A stretch of DNA of 64,000 nucleotides from Cystobasidiomycetes sp. EMM_F5 (lineage: Eukaryota), in contig JBPGPT010000021.1 of the NCBI GenBank assembly GCA_051047955.1, positions 1-64,000 of the forward strand, in the 5' to 3' direction. The notes beneath the pieces are model-generated. The model ran no database searches. It was not told the DNA's origin and saw only the letters and a list, made by a program, of their open reading frames with translations. Shown one piece after another: positions 12,201 through 24,569 of the stretch. Each line of letters starts with the position of its first letter. Position 1 is the stretch's first letter. A program made the translations under genes and the position numbers.

Positions 12201-14631
12201 ATAGTCTGAGGAAGAGCAGAGTCGGGTGATATCTGCGCCATCGAGCCATTCTTCCTCGCGGCGGCGGCTCGAGTGATTGCGGCTAAGCGGTCTGGGCTTA
12301 TGCCGAGACCGAGACCAAGGTGTGGTGTCGTATCCATGTTGAGACTGTTGGACAGATCATGCTCGTACTGACTCGGCTTTGAGCTTCGTGAGGTTCGAGC
12401 TTTCGGAACAAGATGCTTGCCGCTCGTTCTGGGTGATGCCGTAGGCGACCCAGTCTGCGGTCTCGAAAAAGTTGTATACGATGCATCGCCATTCTTATGC
12501 GGTTGGACTGGACTCTCAGGGTCACGCTCACTCGATACTGTCGAGGCAGACATATCCGGTGAGCTCGTAGTTGAACGCTCGCTGCGAAATCTGGGCGACT
12601 CGTGCATTGTGGGACTGCTCATACCAGGCGGGGAGGGCAGACTTCCAGCGACTACGACCTTGCTCGAACCTTGTTTGGATACAGGCGTTTTCGGTATCTT
12701 CGGCGACGAGACTTGAGCTTTGATCGCTTCGGAAGCTTTACTGCCATGGGACGAGGTAGAAGCTGTTGGTGTCCGAGGCGAGCGGTGTGTAATGGGAACG
12801 GGCTGAGGCGGCAGATCTGCCAATGCGGCATTCTGACGTAGGTGATCGGGTAGATTGACCATTATACCTTGCTCCATTCGTTGCCAGTACTGTAATTCCC
12901 GTTGCAGTCGCTCGGCTTCAGAGAGATTCGCACTGTTTGAGCCTTTCAACGAACCACCAGATATGCTCGACGAGCTTGCGATCGTAGGAGCTTTGACGGG
13001 AGATGTCTTGAAGGATGTAGGATCTGCACTTTTAGCGGATATTGGAGACTCCGACGGGTGAACAGCGGATTCGGCGGAGAATCGTCGCAGCGTCCCTGGA
13101 CTACTCGGTCCGGCCTCGCTGTTGCTCGACTGACTTGGCATGCTGGGTAGATCAGGCAGAGGCGACTCTGTTCTATTATTGCGGCTGAATGAGGGCACTA
13201 TCGGCGTACTAGGGGCACTTGCCGCTCGCATTCGAGACTCTTTGCTGACGTCGAGCGAGTCGGCATCGGGACGATTGCTGAATGCTCGACGGAAAAAACC
13301 ACTCGTCTTGCGGACTGCACTCGACATGGCCTGCCGTTCACACAGTGCTGAAGAGTCAGAGACAGTTTAGCCGCCGCCACGTGATAGCAGGTACCTACCC
13401 CGTCATCTTGTGCAATGCTTGTTTTTTTCGACAGTTTCCGGCTTGACGAGCCGCTACTTGTGGCATTTGTCATAGGCTGTGAGGTGACGGCAAGACTTGT
13501 ACCATTTTCGCCTTTCCAAGGGCCCGGCCGGGACGAATCCTGCTGCCGTGATGTGATTGTTGGGATTGATGCGCCGGGCGAACCAACATGTACGTAGGAG
13601 GATGTCGAGTCGGACAGGCTGTCTGAAGCACGAGTATGTCTAGTGTGATACGGGTCGATAGTCGCGGGCTCAGCGAGCTTGCTTATCGACAGATCCGATG
13701 CCGGAGATACGGTCTTGTGGGCAGCGAGGTAGCGAGGCGTAGAGGGACCCGCAGTCGGTGTATCTTCCTGAATCGGCGTCATGTTGCGGAATGGCTGTTC
13801 AGGAATCGCCGGGACTGCGGCTGGTAGTGTATCGGTATTATTTTCACTGCTCCTTTTGGCAGGTCTGTCGTGGACAGCTCCGGTCAGGTCGTACCAGGGT
13901 ATCAGACTGCCGTGGGTGTGTCCATGGGTTGCAGCTGCCGTGCTGTCTGGGGAATGTGCCCTGTCTGCAGGTTGCTGCTCGAGAGGCCTTGGCCAAGGCG
14001 AGATGATCGAGGGTAAGTGTCTGTTTCGGTCGCCGTTGCCGGTCATTGACGAGGATGGGACATTGCTCGAGTCTGCGTTGCTCGACAGTGTATCTTGCCT
14101 GCGACTTTGCGCAAGCTCACGCTCTGTCGTAACTGTCGCCAGGGATGGCATACGCTGCTCGCGGAGGGTCTGTGCCGCGATGAGCGAACTATCATCCAAG
14201 TCGTCGTCCAAGTCTCCGTCTTCCTCGTCAGTCTCTGCGTCCTCGCGCTCTGCCATCTCGAGCTCCATGTCGTACATTGCCCGGTCTCTGCCTTGGAGTA
14301 CTCTGGTATGCACCACTGTACGCGAGAGTGGCGATGGCTGCCGTGCATGGCTGATTTGCTCGTCGAGGTCGCCGTCGTACTCGTCGTCGTCCTCGTCGTC
14401 GTCGTGTCCGTTGCTCCCCAGCGCCTCAATGTCCCTAGCGTTGCCCAGGCTCATTATCTTGAGGCTCGCTCCACTGCTCAGCAGCGACTCGAATGACGGC
14501 ACACGACGCTGCTGCCCGAGCTGAGCCCCATCCGACGAGATCGAGTACTGTCCGGCGAGCACCGACAGCCGCTTTGAAGGCTGATGCGGCTGCATGGGCT
14601 GGCTGGCAATCGATGCATGTCTGCGGGTCAT
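9218..14631 (-). CDS. Sec7-domain Arf GEF with PH domain (Syt1/Yel1/EFA6-like), long disordered N-terminus
   Basis: KEKIAEWLGG..FDFTGLRLDYAFRRLCEKLYLRAETQQVDRIL (Glu finger), LLNTDLH..MSRSDFVANT. PH domain GAPWAKEGILHRKHYWE..RPHVF..FQAGTADLVNEWVLTCNYWAGR. Start codon uncertain. Confidence 0.9.
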
Positions 14632-15712
14632 ACGCGCATCTACCAGGCACGCAGAATGTCGCTGTCAGTCGCGCGACTTTTACTTTGGCAGAGACACAAA
14701 ACAACGAATTGAAAGGGAGAGATGACGAACACTGGATGACTACATCGCGGCCTTTTCCAGAGTATTTCACCCCCAAATACCCCATAAAGCGGAAGATCCC
14801 CATCAACCGGCATTGCGGAAACTTCCACCATGTCCCTGCTGCTTGTCGGAATTACGCAGCGGAAGCATTCGATGTATTCTTTGCGATAGAACGAGCAATG
14901 TACTCATGAATTCCTGATGTCGATTCTGCCGTTGCTGTCGTCAAGCAACGTTGGATGACGGAAAGCAGCTGTCGAGGATGCCACTAATTCGACCCACAAC
15001 TTTGCGGTTCTTGTGCGGCACCTTTTGCAGCAAAGTCAGGTACTGTACGCTCGTCACGTCTACTTGTACCAGCATGCAGGACTGGCACTGGCGCTCTGTT
15101 TGCGCAGTCCATGGACACCATACGGTGCTTCGGGCTGGCAGACTACACAGGCTGGCTGTCGGAAAGGTTGTAATCGCTAAATTGGCCAGAATATTCTTTG
15201 GTATAGCTGGAGGCTACTGCAGAGTAGCGTAGAATCCACGTATTGGTTGCTGCCCTACTGAATCTTTGAGCTTGTCGCATGCGTGTGCCCAATTGCTGGA
15301 CAAAGCTGGCGGAAAATCGCACCTGTGGATACTGTAACAGGTCGAGAACGCCGTTTATCGTCTCACAATCACCAACAGCATCAGTCTTGCTTGCCTGACC
15401 GGCGAAGTACATTAGCATGATGTCAGCAGACTGAAGAATATCGCCGTGCTAAGGCCTGCAAGAAGCAGAAGGGCACATATCGCTGAAAGCACTTCGCATT
15501 ACGAAGTCGCGTTCTTTGCCTGTGCGAGTTGCCCGAAAGACGATAGCGAAAGCGCCTGGATATGAGGTGCAGCAGCAGGTATTAGTTACTCTCAGATAAT
15601 GGGAGCAGTCATACGTTACACGAAACCACGTCGGCCACAGTCGTGATCGGTCTGCTGAACCGCGACCCAGCAAGTCTTCATATAAGTTACTCTGCCGACC
15701 GCAAACAGCATC

Positions 15713-17001
15713 ATGCACCTGTCGACCACTGCATTTGCGCTTGCAGTCAATGCTCTGCTGTGCGTGCAGGCGCAGGACGCGCGTACTTCAAAGTTTCTCT
15801 CGCTGGCCGCCAAACACGGTGGAGTGGTTCCTCTAGACTCAAAGCTCTACGACGAGCTCGTCGGCAGTACAGCCAGCTCGCCCAGGAACTACACGGCATC
15901 GGTCATCCTCACAGCCTTACCGGCCAACTACGGCTGCCAGCCATGCAGAAACTTTGATAAAGAACACTCCGTCCTTGCGAAGCAGTGGTGGACAAAGAGC
16001 AAGAAGGGCAAAGCTGGCACTCCGCACTTCTTTGGAGTCCTCGACTTCCCTGCAGGTCAGGATGTATTCCGTCGCGTAAGTTGCTCGACACATTTCATCT
16101 GCGTCGGCATTGACCGCCTGTTGCTTCTTTACATGTAGCTCGGCTTGAACACCGCGCCTATAGGACAGCTCTTCCTGCCGAGCTCTTTACAACCTGTATC
16201 GTACGACTTTAACCGCCAGTGCGTCGTCTTCATTGCCGTGAAGTGGACTCTCGGCTGATGCAACCGTTCGTAATGACAGAGGAGTGTCGGCAGATGCATT
16301 CGCAACCTTTCTGGCCGCGCAGACTGGCTTGCCGATAACTTTCAGCCGTCCGGTAGACTACAGTAAACTGATCAGTGCAGTCACCATTCTAGTCGGCGCT
16401 GGCACTTCGACCTTTATGTTCTGGAGATACGTAAAGATCTTTTTATTATCCCGCTGGTTGTGGGCTATAGCTAGTCTGGTAGGCAGTCTCGTATGTGTCG
16501 TGTGACCGATACTGATGAATCGTTGCAGGCATTCATCTTACCAATGATATCAGGATACATGTGGAATCAGATTCGCAAACCACCCTATATGCAAGTCAAC
16601 CAACAAGGGCAAGCCACCTACATTGCAGGAGGTTATTCAAACCAGTTTGGCGTTGAAACGCAGATCATCAGCGTCGTTTGTGCGTTTCTCTCGTGGCATT
16701 GATGGCTTATTAGGTTATTGCTGACAGGCGGATAAATCGCTCAATCAAACAGACGGAGTCTTGGCCTTCTCTACGTACACATTGGCAGTCACCTTGCCCA
16801 ACAGGTCCGACGACTCTATCAGGCAGCGCATCGGCATCTACCTCTGGCTGGCTGTAACATTCATCATGGCCAGCACGCTCGCAGCCATCTTTGCCATCAA
16901 GAATCCAGGCTACCCTTACAAAATGTACGTCGAACAGAGTTTGCTGCCTGTGTGCCTGACGGATGCCTATTGTGTGTCTTTCGCTATTCAGGCTCTTCTG
17001 A
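15713..17001 (+). CDS. OST3: Oligosaccharyltransferase subunit OST3/OST6
   Basis: Signal peptide; PRNYTASVILTAL..CQPC thioredoxin-like motif; SGYMWNQIRKPPY; NQFGVETQI; KNPGYPYK|MLF* after the last intron. Confidence 0.92.
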
Positions 17002-17139
17002 AGAGGCCAATGTCTGCAATGCCAAAGCCGAAGACGCAGCATGCGTTGCGTTCACTGTACATGGATTTGCAATGTTGGTAAGAACAACATGAATGCAGGA
17101 TGTCGAGTGATTGGCACTGCGAAGGTCGCGATATCGGAT

Positions 17140-18031
17140 CTATTCGTCCTCGTCTTCTCGTTCTGACCGGAAGCGTGGGTTTTCAGCAGCCGCAAAAGCG
17201 TCGATGGTATGTTCTCCCATCGGCACGATCCGCATACCGCCTGTTGCACCTTGATGATCGTCGTAGTATACATCCCGTGATGTCCTTTCTCGCTCTTCTT
17301 CCATTTGCTGCTGGAGCTCTCGCAATTTCATGTGGCCCCATCCACCTCGTCCAGAGTCAAAGTCTTCCCTGTATTCGTCACGGACTTGACCGCCCGTCTT
17401 GCCTCGCCCATACTGCCGCCCTTCTTTATAGCCCGGGTCCAAGTCGGCTCGTATTATCCGCTCGTCGAGCTTGCTTTGACTGATATACCGGAGAGCAGCT
17501 AACGCGTCGGCGTTCGAGTAGTATCTGTATGGCATGTGTATTGATCAGTACTTTTATGCTCACTGTATTTACCATTCGTCAGCCTACTCGACAAAACAGA
17601 ACCCGCAAGGTGTTTTTGTATTCCGGTCAAGACCCATAATGACTCGCTTGACGTTTCCGCATTTTGAGAACAGCTCTACTATTTGCTCCTCTGTTGATCT
17701 AGCGTCAGCATTGTGTAGACGTCAACTGACATGCTAGAGCAACGCAGAGACCGACCTGATGTGAAGTAGGCTAGATTGCCGACATAGAGAGTAGACGATC
17801 TCCGTAACTGCAGTGTGCACGTTTGATCAGTTGGCTTGTATGATACACTCAGGCATTGTTGCTGAACTTGCCTCAGCCGCCCGGTCAATATCGTTCTGAG
17901 GATTCCTCGAGTCTCTGTACGAGGAGAAGTTATCAAGAGGCGTACATACGTGCGCCTAATACAAGTTTGTTAGAGAGCTGGTTTCTGAATGAGGCAGTCT
18001 CGCATTTGTATATGGCTGGAGGGCGTACCAT
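17140..18031 (-). CDS. CBC2: Nuclear cap-binding protein subunit 2 (CBP20)
   Basis: ATG-only first coding exon, then [80 protein letters not shown]. Intron 2 (17808-17871) is GC-AG. Confidence 0.95.
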
Positions 18032-18332
18032 TCTGTGCCAGTCTGACAGGACCGTAGCAGGACCAGCGCAACGACGTGGCCTCCACAGACTCTCAACAGG
18101 ATAGCAGACGTTGGAGGAAAGAGGAAAGGGTGTGTAGAGGCAACCACCATCAGCTGCAACGCAAATAGGAGCCCGAACTCGATCACCCTCGGGCAGGTCA
18201 GCCTTTCAATCTCGACATGGGGTTTGGCTTTCTACCGCATACAGCTCGTCTGACCCTTGTCCTAGGTGTTTCGGACCATATCGTCTCGCTGCCATCTTAA
18301 GCTAAGCACACAAACCTCTTTCATGGAGCGCG

Positions 18333-18906
18333 ATGGCTAGTCAATCGTGAGACCGGACTTGCACCATGCCCGAAAGCTCTATAATTTTGGATTGGCAGGC
18401 GCCCGACACCCTCGCTCCCCCGCGGCGGGAGATCCTACTACGGCAGCGCCATCATACCTGCTGCTGCTGAAGAAGTATGGCGTACGATAACGGATGCCGC
18501 CACGTATGCAAGCTGGAATCAGTACACTCCCGCAATCGATGCGCCTGAAGGCAAAGAAGCCGCAGGTACTCTGATCCCTGGTTCCATGTCAACGCTACAT
18601 TATAGAATGGATCTGTCGGAATCACCAAAGCCGATGCTCATCAGGATATCCATGAATGACCCCGCGCAGATGAAGCTGTGTTGGCAAGGTCTGCCAAAAG
18701 GCGTACCGCTGGCGATGCTTGAAAGCGAGAAGGTGCAACAAATCACTGTTCTCGAAGACAATGATGGTGTTGCTCAATGCAGATACGAGATTTGGGAGAC
18801 TCAAGTAGGCTTGTTATCGCATGTCATATACTGGACAATGGGAACAAAGCTCGAGAACATGATGGCTGGAACGGCAAAGAACTTGCGATCACATTATACT
18901 AGATAA
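18333..18906 (+). CDS. SRPBCC/START-like (polyketide cyclase/dehydrase-type) ligand-binding protein
   Basis: MASQS|RPTPSLPRGG, then SAIIPAAAEEVWRTITDAATYASWNQYTP (typical SRPBCC N-terminal pattern), in frame with ORF 18586-18906 (YEIWETQVGLL..MAGTAKNLR). Confidence 0.7.
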
Positions 18907-19021
18907 GAACATCAGCGTGAAGATGTCGTCGGTGTAAAGTCTGTAGATGTATTACCAGTTTCAGATAATTCGGCCTGGGACTTGTATATACACAGGGCTT
19001 TCCTGGTCCAACCTGAAAACA

Positions 19022-19946
19022 ATGTCTGACCGAGGTCATTCCTCAAGAACGAGCGGCAGGACCGAGCGGGAGCCGTATCGCACCTTTCGCAGTGACAGAG
19101 ACTATTCGGACCGGCATCAGTCTGGACGTCGCGATGGACACGATGACAAACAGCGAGACCGACGGAGGAGCCGCTCGAGAAGTCCACACAGACGAGACGA
19201 GCGAGACGCATACAACAGAAGCAGACATGATGATGGACCTCGTGGTGACTCGGCACGAGGTGAGTCTGATATTTCCCTGTTCGATGCATTCCGGACTTAC
19301 CGATGACTCCATCGTAGATGGAAGGTCTCGCAGAGATGATTTAGGCAGAAGAGATGATCGTGGTGGAGACCGCGCGCGGCAAAATGGAGAACGTAGAAAC
19401 TACGACCCTCGCAGAGGCGATGTGCGGCAGGAGAACGGTAGACACGACCGAGATAGACAAGCCTCAGGCAGCTCGCGGAATGACGATTCGCGACGAGAGA
19501 ATAAATATCACAAAGATGACAGGCACGAGGACACTTTACGGCAGCCCGCTGGGGTTGACAGATCTGCATCTCGTCCGTCGATACCGGAAGCTGGCGTAAA
19601 CACGAAGAGGCACGAGGTTGAGCGAGAAGACGACGAAGATGAGCAGGACGACACTGAGGCTGCAATGGCAGCGATGATGGGTTTTGGAGGCTTTGGTACT
19701 ACAAAAGTGAGCACTTTTCCAGGCTATATTCTGAGAACGCGAGCACTGATAGCATTGTTCGAGCAGAACACGCATGTAGCAAGTAATGACGACGTCGGCA
19801 CAGCTGATCTGAAGCAACCTCGCGTATTCCGCCAATACATGAATAGGTGGGTGATCTTCTGTTGGTATGGTCTAGCAAGAGACTAACTGTTGCCTGGCTG
19901 TAACAGACCTGGAGGATTCAACAGACCGCTGGATAAGATAAAGTAG
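19022..19946 (+). CDS. SNRNP27: U4/U6.U5 tri-snRNP 27 kDa protein
   Basis: RS/RD-rich N-terminus; AAMMGFGGFGTTK|..RQYMNR|PGGFNRPLDKIK* signature. Confidence 0.93.
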
Positions 19947-20374
19947 CACGTCAAAGCAGACTGGACATGCTCGGATAACAAATTGAGCAGGGAGGACTGA
20001 ACAAGCGTGAGTATGAGCCTGTAGTACATCGGCATAGTGACGACAACTTGTGACCCTACAGCCAAGCAGCTAAATCTTGCATGCTACGTGCAGTGACATT
20101 GGTCCGAACAGCCTCATATATACCTCTTTTCGACGAGATTACAGGCTGACAAGACGATCGCCAGACTGACGATACAGAGCTGATATTTACACTCCACCGG
20201 CTAATATTGTCCGCCGTACTACTAGAAGCGCGATATGTGACGTATCCCTTCCCAGAGTTTAGCAGTAACATCGGAATCGGGTGGGCTGTGAGACTATCAA
20301 TCCCTATTCCTATTTTTACACGCTTTCCTCCACCAATTGCCGTACCAGCGGCTTCCCCATCAGACCAACGCTGC

Positions 20375-21085
20375 TTATTTACTGCTTGTGAGGAGTATAG
20401 GTAGAGCGACTTCCCGCTCGGCTGCGACCTTGACGCCTGCCCGGCTCAAGGCTGCTCTGAATTGTCGTTTTGTACGTCTACCGAAGTAGAGGGCATCAGG
20501 TGAAAAAGGCTCGTCCGCCGCAGAAGGCGATAACTTCCGCGACTGTTTCGCGATGGATGAAGGCTTGGCTGCCATTTTGGTGTTTGCGTCCGTCACGGTG
20601 GTATGTGATACACTCAACGAGCCTTTACGCGACGAGGCCTCATTTGTCCCGCAGCGAATGATGTTGACAATTAGAGCTCGGCAGTTAGAGCACCTGACAG
20701 GCAGACCCGATGTCAGCGATATCTGTCAGACGTCGTCATAGTGACGTGGGCTGATCGCTTACGCATTGCGTTCACTGGCGACCACGCTACCGCATCCGTC
20801 AGCGATGCACGTCGAGAGAACAGGCGAGCGTGGTGTCATGACTGTATGCCTCGATGGTGTGAGCATATTCAGCGCGCCAACTACGGGCGTAGCGACATCG
20901 TCGGTAGGGAAGCAACGAGGCGTCGCTGTGGAAGTCGCCAGCGACATGTGCCCGTGCGGCATGTACGGGGACGCTGACGGTGTATTGGGAAGGGCACAGG
21001 AGCCACTGCTCTGCATGAAGTGGTATGTTAGATTGATGGGCACCAGCGAATCTTTGACGGTAGAGAAGATCGCCTGTGCGAGCAT
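20375..21085 (-). CDS. Hypothetical two-exon 213-aa protein with a putative 4-Cys Zn-binding motif
   Basis: Start context CACAAC-ATG at 21085. A 69-nt intron 20694-20762 (GTAAGC..GCTGAC..CAG) joins two ORF-track ORFs in frame and creates CIADGC-GSVVASERNA-CSNC. Confidence 0.6.
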
Positions 21086-21742
21086 GTTGTGACCGAGGGC
21101 GAGAATGGGACACGGGAAAGGGAAAATAATGACTAAATCGTGAATGATACGCGATGCGTTTTGAATGTCAGGACAAGAATGAAGCGACGTCAGCGTTGAA
21201 CGAAACGAAAAGAAAAGCGGGAGATCAGGGGCTCCCTTTGGACGGGTTTGGCGGGCCAGGCAGCGCACTCTGTCCGGAGTCCCAGGCCGCGACTGAGTGC
21301 ATACTTTCTGTGCACAAACAAACTTCTTATGGTCACAAGGTCAGAAAGGGGCATTGGCTGTCCGAATGTCCCCGGTAGGCGCCCGGTGGCTCTGGTGTGG
21401 CGTTCCATTATGGCAACGACAGCAGGTTTGTTTGCCTGTGGTTGCTGCGACGGGGATGCCTACGGACACGGACCATCGTAAGGACCGTATTGCGCCAAAT
21501 AGTCTACGGGCAATATGCCGGAAGCCATTCACGACAGAAGAAATGTACCGCCTGTAGGGTGAAGATAGCATCGTCGAGAAACAAGAGCCCACGAAATGCA
21601 GAGTCAGTGTGTTTGATTTAGCAGTTTGTCAGGTAATCATGCTGGTCCATAGCCGCAACCCGAGTTGACCGTATAAAGCGTGAATGTCCGCAAAGACAGC
21701 AAAAACGAGACTGGAAGATGTTGCTGAGATACAACAAAGCCT

Positions 21743-22519
21743 TTACTTGGCCGCTGACTTGGATGGTCCCAGCAGGATACCATCAAACTGTGTGACGAGA
21801 AACAGTCAGCTTGCGGGAAGGGCGCACGTCTCGTATGGGTACGCACGCGTTGCTTGAACCATGCCATCGAGTCGTCCTTTGTCACACGGTGCGAAAAGCC
21901 TACACGGCTCTTGCATCGTTTCCTTCTCGCTACACGCGCACCCGGTCGTCCCATCACTACGTAAAAGTCCATGCCCATAATGCCAATTGCCGGGTCGTAC
22001 TGAGAACGGTGTCCATAAATTCAGCATACGATGCATATTCCATCACCAGGCCGTGAAGAGCAGACCCACCTTGATGCCCAGATCGATGTGTTCTGTGATA
22101 CCGAATCCAAAGTTGCCAGTCTCGGAAAAGTTTCGCTTCCTCAATTCGTACTCCTTTACTTTCAAGCCACGCTCGAGGATCTCCTCCGCCTTTGGTCCCC
22201 GGATAGTAACGTGTACAGCAATCTTTTCGTTTCTTCGGATGCCGAACGTTCGGACGGTATATCGAGCCTTGGAGGTGACTGGCGTTTGTCCGGTGAGCTG
22301 TTCGAGGACCTTGGCGGCACGAGTAAGTCTGTCACCGGATTCTCCCACGGAGATGTCTGGATATAATGTTACACAGCCCTGGTCAGCTCTTCCTGTCTGC
22401 TGCACTATTGCTGATTGCGGGCTTGATCGCTTCATGGCTGATCCGACCCAAAACTGACTGATGACGAGCTTCTCGATCCGGAGCTCCTTCATGGGATTGA
22501 TGGCCTTTTCCGACGACAT
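21743..22519 (-). CDS. RPL11: 60S ribosomal protein L11 (uL5), 4 exons
   Basis: [91 protein letters not shown]. Confidence 0.98.
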
Positions 22520-22787
22520 GGTTGCGAGTGTGTACGATGACAGTGTCTGTCCTTGTAGTGCCCCTCGAGACTTGGGATCCCTTCGGCTCAGCAGGGTGAT
22601 CGGGATTTTTGGCAAGCTGATTTTTCCTGCGGGAAGACTGGCTGCCTGAGTCGCCAATTCCCGTCCCTCAACGCGCAGCAGTGTGAGTTGGACGCTCGTG
22701 AGACCGGTTGATAGTGCAATCTATACTTATTTCCTCGTGCTTTTCCCGTTTGCCTGTCGCAGGGCTTTTCGCTGACCGCTAACGAAC

Positions 22788-24368
22788 ATGGGCGTGGATG
22801 CCGATGTCGAGAATCTCTCACTGGCAGAGCTGAAACTGGAACATGACCCCGCAACTCCAGAAATCGACGACGACGATGTTCAAGAGACATCCGAGTCCGA
22901 CGTTGTCCGGGCATCAACGTCCGGAACGACTGCTGATGGTTTTATCTTCGGAGCTGCAACCCGTCTCGGCGGACGTGTTCTGTACGAAGGACGCGACCCG
23001 TGGACACACAATGCTTGGTGTGCTCTCCTCGACTGATTTCGACCAAGGCAAGCAGTGACTGATGTACTGAACGTTCGCTGCATCCGTAGGGACAATGTAC
23101 CTTGGGATGACGAGCAAGAATCCGCAGCCGCAGAGCTCATCGATAAACAGCGGGCTACTCCTGTCACCCCAGAGGAGCAGGGTATGCTTAGTATATACAT
23201 AATTCCCGTTCTGTTATTGAGCAACGTATTTACAGCGCGGCTGAATGCGACACCGGCAAAATACTGGGACAAGTTTTACGCGAATGTGTATGTTTTGTGC
23301 ACTGTCCCATAGCTCATCACGCTTCTAAGGCTTCAAGTGTAGCGCCGACTCCTTTTTCAAGGATCGGTCATGGCTTTGTATGGAGTTCAAAGAATTGGCA
23401 GACTCGGTAGCTGCAGAGGTGAGCAAGCGGCATCCTGCTGGGTGTCACGCAGTGTCCGCTAATGTGTCACTTCAGGCTGGACCAAAACGGATCTGTGAGA
23501 TAGGATGCGGTACCGGGGCTGTCAGTTGAAAGGACTGACCGGCCTCAACTGGTATTCCGTTACTGACGACCTTGATTCCCAGACTGCGTATCCGTTGCTC
23601 GCATCAAATAAAAATTCAGAACTCTTTATCCACTGCTTGGACTATTCCGAACGAGCTATACAATTAGTCAAAGTTCGTTACGATTGTTCGATGAGTCCCA
23701 GCTCATTGACATCTGAATGTCGCGTCTTCCACAGTCTAATCCGGCATACGACGAATCTTGCATTCTTGCCGAGACCTGGAGTTTGTGCGATCCTAATGGA
23801 CTCAGTCCTGGCGTTGAAGCAGGCTCGATCGATGTGGCTGTCCTCATTGTAAGCAGCCATCATACCGCCCTTGCTTTGCCATGCCCGCTTACAATGTTCA
23901 ATTTTTCAGTTTTGTCTGTCGGCCCTGCATCCGGATGAATGGCAACAAGCAGTCAAAAACCTGTGGACGATGCTAAAGCCTGGAGGCCGGATATGTTTTC
24001 GGGATTACGGGCGCAATGACCTGACTCAATTGCGTTTCAAGAAATCTCGATATATGCAGTAATTGCGTGCCAGCAGTAATGCGTGAAGAGTGGACTGATA
24101 CTGTCAACCTGTTTGCTACAGACCAAATCTCTACGCGAGAGGCGATCAGACAAGGGTATACTTCTTCACCAAGGACGAACTTGCGCAGCTGTTCAGTCCG
24201 GACCCTCCAGGCGAAACGGAGGATACCACTTCACAATCGATGGATCCATATCGATTCAAGACCATCCAGCTAGGCGTAGATCGCAGACTACTGGTGAACC
24301 GCAAGAGACGTATCAAGATGTATCGGATTTGGATGCAAGCCGTATTCGAGAAGCCCGCTGATGCATAG
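22788..24368 (+). CDS. TRM140: tRNA N3-methylcytidine methyltransferase (Trm140/METTL2-6 family)
   Basis: HNAWDNVPW, KYWDKFY, FFKDRSWL, EIGCGTG (SAM motif I), IFCLSALHP, LKPGGRICFRDYGRNDLTQLRFK, LGVDRRLLVNRK..MYRIWMQ. Confidence 0.93.
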
Positions 24369-24569
24369 AGGCGATACTCACTGCTAATGTCTGCTTATAT
24401 GCGCAGATGCACTAAGCGCCATCAGATGTCGTTGTACATTTAAATGTATTTACACGGTCGTGCGGGGCTAAACAAGAGAAACTACGGTCGAAGCATGAAC
24501 TTGTCAAGAAGGTCGAATGATTCTACACTCTGTCGGAGAGAAACTTGGCGTCGCTATCCGTTCTTGATA

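Noticed and set aside
13781..14524. 247-aa Ser-rich plus-strand ORF
   Set aside because: Antisense to GAC/GAG-rich acidic codons of the Arf-GEF; the poly-Ser is an artefact of that.
22043..22657. Apparent N-terminal extension and internal insertion in RPL11 in the ORF track
   Set aside because: The extension begins at a non-ATG codon upstream of the real start (22519). The insertion is a stop-free intron of about 100 nt. I saw no convincing C/D-box snoRNA in it.
22788..23100. Possible ABP140-like programmed +1 frameshift in TRM140
   Set aside because: All frame changes are explained by canonical GT-AG introns, and there is no long actin-binding N-terminal region.
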